Positions 48,834-64,000 of a stretch of DNA of 64,000 bases are shown piece by piece. The position numbers and the translations under genes are program-made. Every line of letters begins with the position of its first letter. The stretch's first letter is position 1. This stretch comes from the human T2T-CHM13v2.0 reference genome, Homo sapiens, in NCBI RefSeq assembly GCF_009914755.1, contig NC_060933.1; one strand, written 5' to 3'. The notes under the pieces were generated by a model, which did no database searches, had not been told where the DNA came from, and worked only from the letters and a program-made list of their open reading frames with translations.

Positions 48834-49700
48834 AAATAGAGTAATATTTTCTGCTAGTAAAAGTTCTGCCAGGGGAAACATAAATATATCGGCATTTTAT
48901 AGGTTTCCACAAAAAAAATTAAGTTTCCACCATCTAACAAACTTCAGAATACTGTCATGTGGCAGACATTCTGCACTGAAATCAAAATGCTTGCTGTTTC
49001 TTCTGAAGTGAAGAAGGAGGTTGCACTGCATGATCCCCCCAAAATCTCTTCTCAGGAACACTTGTTCTTAAATTTGTTTCCTCCATGAGATACAGAAAGA
49101 GCATACTATACACCTGTAAATACCAGTTTATTGAGGAACTCAAGTATCAATTCCATTGCTAGCAACGGTGTTTTTTAGGTATCTTTTCTGTATCTTCCAA
49201 CCTACAGGTATACCCCTAATGAAGTAAAAATAACATGCACATCTGAACACATAAAAATGTAAACCTGATCTTTCCAACTTTAATTATAAAAGTGTTTATT
49301 ATTTTATTCCTTTATATTGCAAGCTCTATTAGTGAACTTAAAATGTGTGAAATTTGATTTAACTGAAACATCAACATAGCTATTTTAAAGCTCTGTGTAC
49401 GTGTACCAAAAAATTACAAATTGTAAATAGGATCAGTCTAGGGAAATTCAGGCTTCATTTTCTTATGGTGTGGAAGGTGAACTTGAAAGTCTTAAGAAAA
49501 CATATGGTTCCTGTTTTCCCACTTCTACATGAACATATTACCAATTGTATAGTGAAAGCTGAAGTATGAATTATTCAAGACAGATTGATGAGATGTGTGG
49601 GAACCTTACTTTTTTTTCTGTTGAAATGATTAATAAAAAGGGTTTTAAAATTACCTAAGACAAAATAATGTATATTAAATATATATTATACAATATATTT

Positions 49701-49837
49701 AATATATGTATTTACATATATTAAAATGCATGATATTCAATATATGTATTTACATATATTAAAATGCATGAAATGTGTTTACATATATTAAAATGCTTGA
49801 AATGTATTTACATATATTAAAATGCATGGAATGTGTT
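49701..49837. repeat. AT-rich minisatellite, ~29-bp unit, ~4 copies
   Basis: Unit atgtatttacatatattaaaatgcatgaa repeated with few substitutions. Confidence 0.88.
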
Positions 49838-51004
49838 CCTTCCCAATTTCTTTGGTCATTTGATATTAGGATCTGCCTGTAGGCTATCTCGTTCACTTTT
49901 TTTTTTAAGCTGAAAGAAGGAAAGGTCAAAAATACTCTTAGCATTGCCGAACTGATCAAGTATTGTCACGTTCTGCATTGATAGAAATCTAAGTGGAGTA
50001 CTGGGTGCTCAACCTGAATCACTGTGAGGCCATTTTATACTGATGAGTGATTTTTATATAGTAGGGGCTCAGAGTGCAAAACTGCATTGTCTCTCCATTT
50101 CTACCTTTGGAAAATATTTTAATGATTAACAAAAGTGGTTAAAAAAAACAAAAAAAGGCTTCTACTAATAGATCTGGGAGAATTAAACCAGAGTAGATCA
50201 TCAGACTATCTCTTTATAAAATATATTAGCCACATTCATTTATTATTAACATGTATTATTTATTTGCACAAAAATACATGTATTCATTGTAAAAAAAATC
50301 CAAAACCACAAGTAAACAACACTATCAAATTACCAATGGCACCTGGGGAGATTACCACAATAAATACAATAAATGAATGTATGTAGCAGAATAAGTTGGC
50401 CAGCGAATGATCTTTCCTCTCTTCTTAGGTGAAGGAATTATTAGCCTTACATTAAAGGAAATAAAAAGTTGCCAGGTATGAGCTACCAGTGAGCAATTCC
50501 TAAATCCACCTGTTGTCCTTGAAAGATCAGTTAGTTCTGGCCACTAAACTTAATGTCTGAGTAGGAGGGTAAGATCAACTCTTTCTTGTGGGAGAGTCTT
50601 AAAGGAAGGCTGAGCCCTGAGGGAGGAATAGGGGGAAGAGAAGAGTTTCAGTTCTTAAAGTAGTCAGAAGAGCTCTGACCTGGTCATCAGTAAGACTGAA
50701 TTTAGATCGTTGCTCCTAACCATTGTGTGACCCGGAGTCGATTATCAATCTCTCTGAGCATCAGTTTTCCTATTAATCAAATGAACGGGTTGAGATAAGG
50801 AAAAGTCTAAGGTGGGAAAGAGATTGTGGAAATGTCTAAGACATAGCTTCTACAAATTTAGTTGTAAAAATGGGCCCAAGAAAGAACACTATTTCTAGAT
50901 TGGGGTGATGGTGGGGGAACGAGGGAGATGAGGATGGAGAGAACCTTAGCAGAGGGCTCAGCTAAAAGTCTGATCTTGTTCAACACCTTCATTCAGGATC
51001 TAGA

Positions 51005-51570
<566 letters not shown>

Positions 51571-54005
51571 AGGCTCTAATTTTAAGAAAATACACTTTGG
51601 GAAAATGTGCAATGAATAATCTCTACATGGATGTGGAAAATGTTGCGATTGTAAGAATGGTGTAGTAGAATGAGTGTCATCAGGAATTTAAATATTAAGT
51701 AGATAAGAGAAAAGCAGGAAAATAGGAATGACAACAATACTTGAAGGGGAATAATGATAACAGGTTTGCAAACTACATATGAACATGAACCTCCGATTGA
51801 CAAAAAGCAGTTTAGAGCTAGTCTGGTGCAGAGAAACAGGCCAGAGAGTCATGCCTTGTTTGTGGTAGTTGATTCTTTTTAACTGAGCCTGTCTGCACTT
51901 GATTTAAGTAAGAAGGTAGGGATGGGAGAGGGGAAATTAACAGGGTATGATTTACAAAGCATGTTTATAGATCTTACAAATTGGCTTCACTAAAGGAAGG
52001 AGTTAATACATGTCAATAAATGAGTACAACTACTATAATATGCATAATGGCGTTTGCTAAATAGCAACTCTTCTTCCTGGAAAATTTCCTTTACCTCATA
52101 CAGATGAATCATTTACTTCCAGAAAATAGTACACTTACTGTAGGCTTAGTTCAATCCTAGTGATTAAATTCGGCTAGCCAAGTCAGGTCAGATTTCATGG
52201 TAACATGACAAAAGGGAGAATAAAACTCTAAAAGGACATTGAAAATGTCCTAAACACCATATCCAATGGCTTTTCACAGTCTTCATCCTTCTAAGCTTCA
52301 GAGCACCACTTGACAGCAATAACCTTCTCTTTAACATTTTCTTCTCCATTGCCTTCCAGTGATGTGATGTCTGAGGTCTTTTCTTTTCACTCTGACTTGT
52401 CCTGACAGGGAAGCAGTATTGATTGAAGAACAAAGGTTTGTGGGTTGTAGTGAGAACTTGGGGTAATAGTTTCTGTAAAGTGTGTAGTAGGTTCTCAATC
52501 AATTATAGCTATTAGCTTTTGTTATTACCTTTGACTGAATATTTTCCTTCACCCAAGCCTTACATTTACGTTCTCTGTTCTTCATATACTACAGAATTGT
52601 ATTTACTTCTTTTGTTTCAAATGTTACCCCTTTATTAATAAACAGCTGCACAATGTCACATCTGAACCTGTCTGTGAATGCATGGTGTAAGTATTTTTAT
52701 TGTTTTTTTTTTAAGGCCTGGGCAGTGTATGACAGGCAGAAGCTTCTTTCTTCCAAATCTGTGTGCGTCTAAGAGACTCGATGTCACTCCACCTCCCCAT
52801 TTTTGCCAAGTGCAGCATCACAGATGTGTGTCTGGGTCTTCCTCCAGTCCTTCAGCATTACACTCCCCAGAGCTCTATGAATACAATGGAGGCTGGGATG
52901 CCAATACATTCCAGCATGATCTTAGTTTGGTTTCATGTGGGACTTCTAGTGTACTACGACATTCTGATGATGGGTTCAAGGTAACTTTCTATGACTGGCA
53001 CAAAAATGAGAGAAATTGTGTTATAGCTTTAGCTGTGGGGCTTTGGGCAGGTCATGTCACCTCTCTGGCTTAGTTCCTTTATTTGTAGGATGAGTGATTT
53101 AGACTTGATCTCAACACTTTCTCGTGCTAGGATGCTGAGTTTCTTGAAGACAATGGGCACGTAGAGGATAGCAAAGCACATGATATTCTTGAAGCTTTCA
53201 AATGAAACAGTGTTGTTCAAGGCAGGATAATGGGAATAGATTGCATTCCCAAAAATGTTCACATTAGGGATTTTTTTTTTTTTTTTTTTTTTTTGAGACA
53301 GAGTCTTGCTTTGTCCCCCAGGCTGGAGTGCAGTGGTGCAAGCTCCATCTCCCAGGTTCACGCCATTCTCCTGCCTCAGCCTCCCAAATAGCTGGGACTA
53401 CAGGCGCCCGCCACCATGCCTGGCTAAATTTTTTTGTATTTTTAGGAGAGACGGGGTTTCACCGTGCTAGCCAGGATGGTCTCAATCTCCTGACCTTGTG
53501 ATCCACCCGCCTCGGCCTCCCAAAGTGCTGGGATTACAGGCGTAAGCCACCACACCCAGCCGGGGTAATTTCAATAGCTATTACGACCACAGGATTGCCA
53601 TCCCGACAAGCCTCATATACTTGTTACTATTTTTATCACTGAAATGATAATTTATTGGTCATTTTAATCATAAAAGTCCTGCTGATTTTTAGTTTTGTAG
53701 ATTACATAATGAAAAAAATCTTCTTTATTTATTTAGGCGCCCAGTACATGTTCATTGTTAAAATTTCAAAGAATAGAGAAAATTTTTTTAAAGGCAGTAA
53801 AAATCATCCCCAAATTCTGGCCACCTGGGAGTAATAATTTATAAAAATTTGGTTAGTGTTCTAATGTATGTGACCTTACATAAATTAGAACAAACTATTA
53901 ATGCTGTCTTGTAACCTGCTTTCTTTCTTTGTTTTTTGTTTTTGTTTTTGTTTTTGTTTTTTTGAGATGGAGTCTCACTCTGTCGCCCAGGCTAGAGTGC
54001 AGTGA

Positions 54006-54125
<120 letters not shown>

Positions 54126-55252
54126 TAGTAGAGACGGGGTTTTGCCATGTTGGCCAGGCGGGTCTCGAACTCCTGACCTCAGGTGATCTGCTTGCCTTGG
54201 CCTCCCAAAGTGCTGTGCATTTGGCCTATAACCTGCTTTCTGAAAAAGTTTTTGGTATATTGTAGATATCTTTCTTCAGTAGTGGCCATTGATTTAGAAT
54301 CATCTTTTGTAATAGCCATATTCCATTGTCTGGTGGATCCATAATATATACCATTATATATTTATTTATTCCTTTCATGATGGATATTTAAGTTATTTCT
54401 AATTTTCCACTATTATAGATAGAACTGTGATGAACATCAAGTCATATCAAAGCTTACAAACATATTGAAACACGCTTATTTTGAAATAAGAGCAGAGTTA
54501 TTTTGTTAGGCAATTAAGAGGCAGTCAGTAAATATACTTTGATAATGATTGTCCCTGCGATGCCCTAATTCCTGATTTGCAATAGATTAATGCACTGTCA
54601 CCATTATTTTCCAAAAGGTTAGAAACTTACACTTAATCACTGTAACTAAAAATTAATTTTATGCTATTAGAAATGATAAGGTAATACAAAGTATCCTTTC
54701 CCCAGCTGAAACTATTATAGTTATTTCTAATTCAGCCAGCCCTTATGAAAATAATAAAACATGTATTGGCTTCTTATCTCATTTGAATATGAAGGTTTAT
54801 TGTCATTCATGTTAAATGTTGTTTTTTTTTTTGTTTTGCTTGAGTTAATAATACCTCAGAGTTGGACTAACACCATCTCCTTTTGTTAATCATCGACTGC
54901 CAAAAATTCAAAATCCCAAGCAGATTGAAGGAACAGTATAAAGTAATTTTCAGAGGTTTATTTTGGGAATGAATTTACAGAATATTTGCTTTTTTATCCT
55001 AGTACCTCATACAGTGCCTCGGACATAGTGGGCACTCAATAAATATTTATTGAAGAATGAATGAATGAAGCACATTCAATTTGTGACTTAAATAATGGTG
55101 AATATCTGAACCAATGGGGCCAACTATTTCTACAACTAAAATAATCCATTGGGGTTACCACAGAATTGACTTTCTACACTTAGAAATAAGGTGAATGTTT
55201 TCCACTAAACATAACTCACCAGTTTTATCATTCTTAATATTCATTGTTTATA

Positions 55253-55586
55253 GAGGGAGTTGGAAAACTGTCTCCTGCGGGCAAAGTCCAGCCTGCTGCC
55301 TATTTAGTACAACATGTGTGCTAAGAATAATTTTAAAAATATTTTTAAATGGTTGAAAACAATCAAGAGAAGAATAATATTTCATGGCAGGTAAGAATTA
55401 TATAAAATGTAAATTTACTGTCTGTAGAGAAAATTTCACTGGAATCCTACCATGTTCATTCTTTCATGTATTGATGAAATTTCATGTTTTATGGTTGAGT
55501 TACAACAGTGGCATTGAGTAGTGACCCACAAAGCCAAAAATATTTACTGTCTGGCCTTTTACAAAAAAATTTTTGCCAACTCCTAG
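55253..55586. mobile_element. MER58-like hAT-Charlie element
   Basis: gagttggaaaact...gggcaaagtccagcc...cccacaaagccaaaaatatttactgtctggccttttacaaaaaaatttttgccaactcct. Confidence 0.75.
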
Positions 55587-55786
55587 TTTTGACCCAGAAC
55601 TGTTTCTTGGGGACAGGGATGCATTTTGAGTTACCAGCATTATCGAATGCTAGAGTGACAGCAACCTTGGCAAAGGCAAGTCAAGGCAGTATGTCTGTTT
55701 TGTTAACTACTAGAAAATCGTAGTGGTAGTATATTCTCTTTTCTTTTTTATCATCTCTGATTGAGGAGACCAGTCTCTTTTTTTGA

Positions 55787-56187
<401 letters not shown>

Positions 56188-56576
56188 TAATGACTCCCCC
56201 AAAAGCCTGTCAGGATTTTAAAAATTGGGCTCTTCGGAACTTCTGTGGAAAATTGAAGAGGTTTGTCTATATCCTAAATGTATGAAATTATTGAATTCTT
56301 ACATGAATTTTAGTTTGAGATTTTAATTTTAATTAGTTTCTTCTACAGTGGAGATACTCATTTGCACCAAGTTCCTGAGAGTAACTAAAGATCACGTGAA
56401 GAAATAAACAGTTCAATTATTGTTATTCTTTCACAAGATCGCTATAACACTGATTATAAAAGAGAGAGATGTTCTTACAGACACATGCTCTTTATTTCTG
56501 ACTACCTAACAATTGTTTTTAATAATGGCCATTTCAAGCTGTCCCAGTTGTAGCATGGGTCATTTGCTATACGTAT

Positions 56577-57137
56577 TGTATTAGGATTCTCCAGAGAAAC
56601 AGAACCACACACATACACACACACGTGTGTTTGTGTGTAAATATATGTAGACATATGTAAAAATATGTAAATATATATAATTTAAATTATAGAAATTACA
56701 TATATATTTCTGTATGTGCATATATATGTATGTGTAAATATATGCATGTAATTTCTATAATTTAAATTATATATATTTTTAGTTTTCATTACAGTTTTCT
56801 AAAAAAATTGGCTGATGAGATTGTGGGCACTGGCCACTGTGAAGTGTGCAGGGCAGGCTGGAAATTCCAGCAGGAGTTGATGTAGTTTTGTATCCAAAGG
56901 CAGTCTGGAGGCAGAATTCTCTCTTCTTCAGGTGACCTCAATCTTTTCTTTCAAGGCCTTCAACTGATTAGATGATGCCACACACATTATGGAGGGAAAT
57001 CTGCTTTACTCAAAGTCTACCAATTTAAATGTTAATTATATATACAGTATACCTTCCCCGCAACATCTAGGCCAGTGTTTGACCAAACAAATGGGTACCA
57101 CAACTTAGCCAGTTGACACTTAAAAGTAACCATCACA
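56577..57137 (-). mobile_element. MLT2-type ERVL solo LTR
   Basis: tgtattaggattctccagagaaacagaacca...ggccttcaactgattagatga...gccagttgacacttaaaagtaaccatcaca. Confidence 0.85.
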
Positions 57138-57392
57138 CCTATGTGAATGCATACATATAAACATATATATGTATGAAAGACATATATATAAATAAGTGCA
57201 TGTATGACACATCTACTACCTTTCTCTTTGAACAATGCTGTGAAATTTATTTCTAAATTTAAGAATAGCATGACTTTAAAATCACAAGAGTTTAAAGCAC
57301 TATTGGATACTCAATGTGACTCCTCATGTTCTCTTTTAGTGTAAGTTTAACGGTCTTGTCCAGATTCTATGAATGTTCCATGGATATGATAC

Positions 57393-58326
57393 TGTGATAG
57401 GTGGAATAATAACCTCCAAAGATGTCCATTTTCTAATCCTGAAATCTGCCAGTATGTTACCTTTGGTGGCAAGGGGGAATTGAGGTCACAAATCAGCTGA
57501 CCTTAAAGCAGGGAGATTATCCTGGATTATGCAAGTGGGCCCGCTGTAATCACAACAGTTCTTAAATGTGGAAGGAGAGGCAGAAGAGGAAGTCAGAGTA
57601 ATAAGAGGTGTTCTAGACTGAATTATATCCCCTGCCCAAATTCATATGTTAAAAACATAATCCACAATGTAATAGTATCTGGCAGTGGAGACTTTGGAAG
57701 GTAATTAGGTTCAGATGAGCTCCTGAGGGTGGGGCCTTCATGATGGGATTAGTGTCCTTTGAAGAGGAGACCTCAGAGAGTGTGCTCTCTCTGCCTCTCT
57801 AGCATGTGAAGACACAGTGAGAATGTGGCCATCTGCAAGCCAGGAGGCATGCCCTCATCAAAACCTGATCATGCTGGCATCTTCATCTTGGAATTTCAGC
57901 CTCCAGAACTATAAGGAAATAAATCTCGATTGGGCATCAAGGTATAAGAAAAAAGAGAAAGAAGAGAAAAGAAAAGAAATGTCTGTTGTCGAAGCCACTC
58001 CACCTATGGTATTTTGCTATGGCAGCCTGAACTGACTATGAGAGGCTGTGAGAAAGACTTGGCCCAGTGTTGCCAGCTTTGACAACAAAGGAAGGTGACC
58101 ATGAGCCAAGGCAGCGGGCAGCCTGTAGAAGCTGGAGAAGTCAAGGAAATAGATTGTCCTTTAGATCTGCTAGAAAGGAACACAGCCTTGCTGACACCTT
58201 GATTTTAGCCCTGTGAGATCCATGTCATGCTTATGACTTAGAGAACTGCAAAATAATAAATTCGTGTTGTCTGAAGCCACTAACGAGTGTGGCAGTTTGT
58301 TACAGCAACAATAGACAATGAATACA
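57393..58326 (+). mobile_element. MLT1D/E-type MaLR LTR with a nested MLT1A-type LTR (57609-58040)
   Basis: Outer tgtgataggtggaataat...gttacagcaacaatagacaatgaataca; inner LTR flanked by 5-bp AGAGG at 57604-57608 and 58041-58045. Confidence 0.8.
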
Positions 58327-58640
58327 GATACTAAGAATCAGATAGGCAGGGCTGACTACTAAATATTTCAAGGAGTTAAAACATGCAAAAGTTCACGCTA
58401 AAGTTATTAAAACTAGAAATAAAAGTGCTTAAAAATGTTTGCTAGCAACTGCCTTGTACATAACATCAACAGCTACAGTCATTTTTTTCTTGCTGTTTGC
58501 GTCAATCCAGGGCACTTACTTCAAAGACTATCGAGAGAATCTCATTGGTGCTCACATTTTAGTATTATTGAATAATTTATAAGGATTAAATCAAGATTTT
58601 ATTTGCAACTAGTTGCCACATGCAAATTTTGGAGCAATAA

Positions 58641-58886
<246 letters not shown>

Positions 58887-59148
58887 TGATCTCCTGACCT
58901 TGTGATCCTCCCGCCTCGGCCTCCCAAAGTGCTGGGATTACAGGCGTGATATAATTAATTTTTTTAAAAGTTCTATCTGCTGGGGGCAGTGGCTCACGCC
59001 TGTAATCCCAGCACTTTGGGAAGCCGAGGCAGGCGGATCATGAGGTCAGGAGTTGAGACCAGCCTGACCAACATGGTGAAACCCTGTCTCTACTAAAAAT
59101 ACAAAAATTAGCCTGGCGGTGGTGCATGCCTGTAATCCCAGCTACTTA

Positions 59149-59280
<132 letters not shown>

Positions 59281-59672
59281 CTAAGTCCTAAAAACAGATA
59301 ATAATTGTAAAAGAATTCAGTATTTGATAACATTATAATAGCCATGCTTAGTTCATGCTAAGGACATCTTGTTTTATTGAATTATTCTAATCACCCTGTG
59401 AAATAGGGGTGAGGCATAGTATTCAAAACGGGGGAGGTGGCAGTCTGAACCCAGGCAGGCTGATTCCTGAGACTGTGATTTAAACCATTTCACACACTGC
59501 TACACACATGGAAACTAAATTATGTCTGTAATTGTAGGCTTCACATCCAGTAAAGTAAAAAGGTAAACAGAATTTTTAAAGAAGAGGGTGAAGGCCGGGC
59601 GCAGTGGCTCATGCCTGTAATTCCAGTACTTTGGGAGGCCAAGGCGGGCAGATCATCTGAGGTCAGGAGTTA

Positions 59673-59926
<254 letters not shown>

Positions 59927-61385
59927 CTATTTCTCTATCTTTCTACTTATCCATTGACCAATTTGTTTTGGTCTAAGTTGAAAAGGAAGATTCCCAAAAT
60001 AGGTTGGATTATAAATCATAAAGGAAGTGAACAAAGGCCTTCCTTTCCTCCCATCATCTCTTGTCTTTTCCCAGAGAAACCTTAACAAAAGGAGATTTAT
60101 TCCAAAATTTAAAATATGTTTTTATGACATATCTCCCTTCCTCTTGCCATCCAGGATGAAGAAAGCAGTTTCTGGAGTTTGGCTACTGACCACAGGCCAT
60201 TTGCATCACCCTAAAATAAGCAGTGCTGTGTAATATAGCAAGTTTACTAAGACAGAAACCAGAAGATATGGTTCTAATCTTGACATGGACATGAAATGTA
60301 CTCTCTTCATACTCAGTTTTTTCATCTAGAAGATGGGCATACTTGTTCCTACTTTTCTGGATTGTTTTGAAGATTAAATAAAATAACATAACATATTTAT
60401 TGCTTGCATGTAGTGTAGGGTTTTGTTAGGAACATTGTTGGGAATATTGTTAGGAATATGGGTTTTTTCCCCTTCTTTCCTCCCTCCTCCAGAATCTTTT
60501 AACTTTTCCCCTGTGTTCTAGATGCAGGGCTGCCACTCATTAGCTTTGTGGCCTAAGGAATGCTTAATCTTTGTGACCTCTTAATATTTTTTTATTTATA
60601 AAATGGGGAACAAAAAGATTGGCCTTGGCTGCCTTGAGTAGCTGTTTGTTTGTTTTTTCCTGTCTTCCTTTCCTTTTTATTTTTCCCAGGATCAAAAGAA
60701 ACTATATCTATGGGCTTGAGGACTAAATCACTATTTAGCCGTAAATGAGAATGCTAATAAAGAACTTGGAATGCGTTATGTAATTCATAGCAAAACACTT
60801 TATATGCATTCTCATTGAAACATACAATATTCTTAAATTTCAATTTCTTCTTATCTTGCACCTACTTGAAACTCATCAATTATTCTCATTATCTTTAGAA
60901 TGAGTTCTGAATTCCAACAAATCCTTCATGTAGGCTCTGCCTATGTCTTCAGCCTCACCTGAAACTCCCTTCTCAACCAACTTAGTCTTCTTTAAGTATT
61001 TCGTAATATACTATTGAGTTCCTTACCATGCCAAAGTCTTTCCCTATGCTGAGAACTGTTTTCCCTTTCCCTCCTTCCTGTCTGACCACCTTCTTAGCCT
61101 TTCAAATCTCACTCTAAAAGTGACTTCCTCTAGGAAGAATTATCTGTCCTCCCGACAGTTTTCTAGGGGACTACATCAGTTGCCATGTCATCTACACTCA
61201 ATTCTTGCTCATCACTTTGTCCTTGGCATTTGTTGCCATGTCAATTCAATACTTGTTTGTGTAATTATTTGATATCCATTCCCTTGAAAAGTTATATCTT
61301 GTTCACCACTATCTCTCTAGTTCCAAGTACAGGCTTAGAACATTTGATTTGTTCAGTCCATATGTATTGAATGAATAAAAGATGA

Positions 61386-61664
<279 letters not shown>

Positions 61665-62444
61665 TGAATGAATAAAGGATGCTTTTCCAAATGATAAAAC
61701 TAAGATCTCGAGAGGTTAGGTAATACACCCAAGCTCAAACTGGTGACCAAGGGGAAAGCCAGCCCTTGGATCCAGATTCCATGATGCCAACACTTCTGCT
61801 AATATATATATATATATATATTTGTTTGTGAAAATAACTGATTTATTGAAGAGTCTATAAAATTTAATAAAATTAGACTTTAACGAGTCTAATAAAATTA
61901 TAATTGAGACATGTATCTTCTTTTTAATATTTAATTGAAAAATAAAAATTGCATATGTTTATAATATACAACATGATGTTTTGATATATGTATTTGTTGT
62001 GGAATGGCTAAATCCAACTAATTAATGTAACCATTACCTCACATACAAATTTTATTTTTAAGCATTATCAAAAAGTGAGTCCTTTCTATATCCTCATCTG
62101 AAAGTGCCTCAGCAAGGAAAATATTTTTTTAAAAATTGGGAGGGTAGAAATATGATGATGGTTCTTAAACTATTATCAGAGGAATATGGACAAAGGGAGG
62201 CAGAAGAATAGCCTGTTCTATGAAATTAGAATTGAGGGGCTCCATAATTGTTCTTCCTATTATGAGAGGTGTGTGAATGGAAATTTCAAAGAATTCCTAG
62301 ATTATTAGATCAAGATTGTAGTTGGCTGTAGTTTCAAAGTTTCACTGTTTCTAAAAATTCTGTAGTAAATAGCCATCAGCTTGCATTTGAATATGCATAA
62401 TAATTGTCCTTAGGAATGAAGGTGTCCCTCTCAATTTCTTCCTT

Positions 62445-62551
<107 letters not shown>

Positions 62552-62676
62552 CTGGCTCTGTCACCCAGGGTGGAGTGCAGCCTGGTGAAATCTCAGCCTG
62601 GGGCTCAAGCCAACCTCTCACCTCAGCCTCCTGAGTAGCTGGGACTACAGGCATGTGCCACCATACTTAGCTAATT

Positions 62677-62711
<35 letters not shown>

Positions 62712-62770
62712 ATATATATATAAATAAATATAAATAAATAAATAAATATATATATATATATATATATATC
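62677..62770. repeat. (TG)n(TA/TAAA)n microsatellite in an Alu middle linker
   Basis: Lies between the two arms of the minus-strand Alu at ~62550-62855. Confidence 0.9.
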
Positions 62771-62931
62771 TTTTTTAAGAGTAGATGGGGTCTCACTCTG
62801 TTGCCCAGGCTGGCCTTGAATTCCTGAACTCAAGGGATCTGCCTGCTGCCTGGCCCTCTCTCAACTTCTGATCCAACTTTTAAGTTTCAGTTCTTACTTG
62901 ATCAATTGTCACAAAAGGATAATTGTATTAG

Positions 62932-63147
<216 letters not shown>

Positions 63148-64000
63148 TAGTCTCGAACTCCTGACCTCAGGTGATCCTCCTGCCTCGGCCTCCCAAAGTG
63201 CTGGGATTATAAGCGTGAGCCACCACACCCTGCCTCTGTTATGCTTTAGTTGTGAGAATGTGGGGAGTTGAGGGACCAGGTCCACTGGGCCTGTGGAAAG
63301 ACAACTGGGGTGCTAGAAGTAGTGGCTGTTTACCAACTGGTGGAGAAATACTTTGATATCTTAACAACTAGTATAGTAATTCTGAGACAAGCCAGATGAA
63401 TAGATGAATATCCATCTTGGATACATATGAGGTGCTAAACAATCCATTTTGAGTGTACTAAGCCCAGTTTGACTTTCTGGAAGTCATTTTTAAGGTTGAG
63501 CTCAATCAACAGGATGGAGTAAAGGATCACAGATGTGTGCTACACTCAAATGTGCGAGCAGAAAGAGTGCGAGGACTTCTCTTTCCTTGATTTTCTAGAG
63601 TCTTCATTGTTTTCTTCTCAACAGCGGGGTGTTAGGTGGGATGGGGCTGGGGGAATGGTCTTTGAGAAGATATAAGCAGGAAAGTTATCTGAAAGCAGCT
63701 TGCAGAAGGCTGGGGTATACGGATAGGGTCAGAGAGAGGCAAGAGACTGGGACATCAATCAGGATGCTCTTGTATGAATCCAGGTATAAGAGGATAAAGG
63801 CCTTAATTAGAGAAGGTGTAATAGAAATGGAAAGAAAGAGATAGATTGGAGAGAGGGAGGTTGTGGACTGTATCTAAGAGGCTTAGGTGATACAAATACC
63901 CACTGTCCACTATCCTAGCAGAGGAAAGAGTTTCCCACTATTGGCACCCAGTCAGTCCCAGCAGATAGAACTGCAAATACTACTTTTTCTTATCTCAGTT

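Overview
Primate (very probably human) genomic DNA. The left ~10 kb holds the complete coding region of ZFAND5 (ZNF216; A20 + AN1 zinc-finger protein, 213 aa) on the minus strand. It has five coding exons (5634-5484, 5077-4966, 4377-4274, 1907-1782, 953-805; 642 nt with stop), a 3'UTR that runs off the left edge, a predicted 137-nt MIR-derived 5'UTR exon (8463-8327), and a GC-rich first exon ending at 9553 inside a CpG-island promoter (~8.8-10.9 kb). The remaining ~53 kb is upstream sequence with no supportable protein gene. It contains about 50 Alus, L1/L2/MIR relics, MaLR/ERVL LTRs, DNA-transposon MITEs and microsatellites; most ORFs in the track there are repeat-derived. The most interesting hypothesis is that AUG-free exon 1 stays open in frame with the ZFAND5 AUG when the MIR exon is skipped, and hits a stop six codons into that exon when it is included. 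That would be a possible splice switch between a non-AUG N-terminal extension and a uORF. Other oddities are a perfect 101-bp tandem duplication, a 5'-inverted Alu, a 33-bp perfect AT-rich inverted repeat and a closely spaced inverted Alu pair. No wholly new gene system could be supported. Repeat subfamily names are from recalled consensus sequences, and repeat boundaries are approximate unless a TSD is given.
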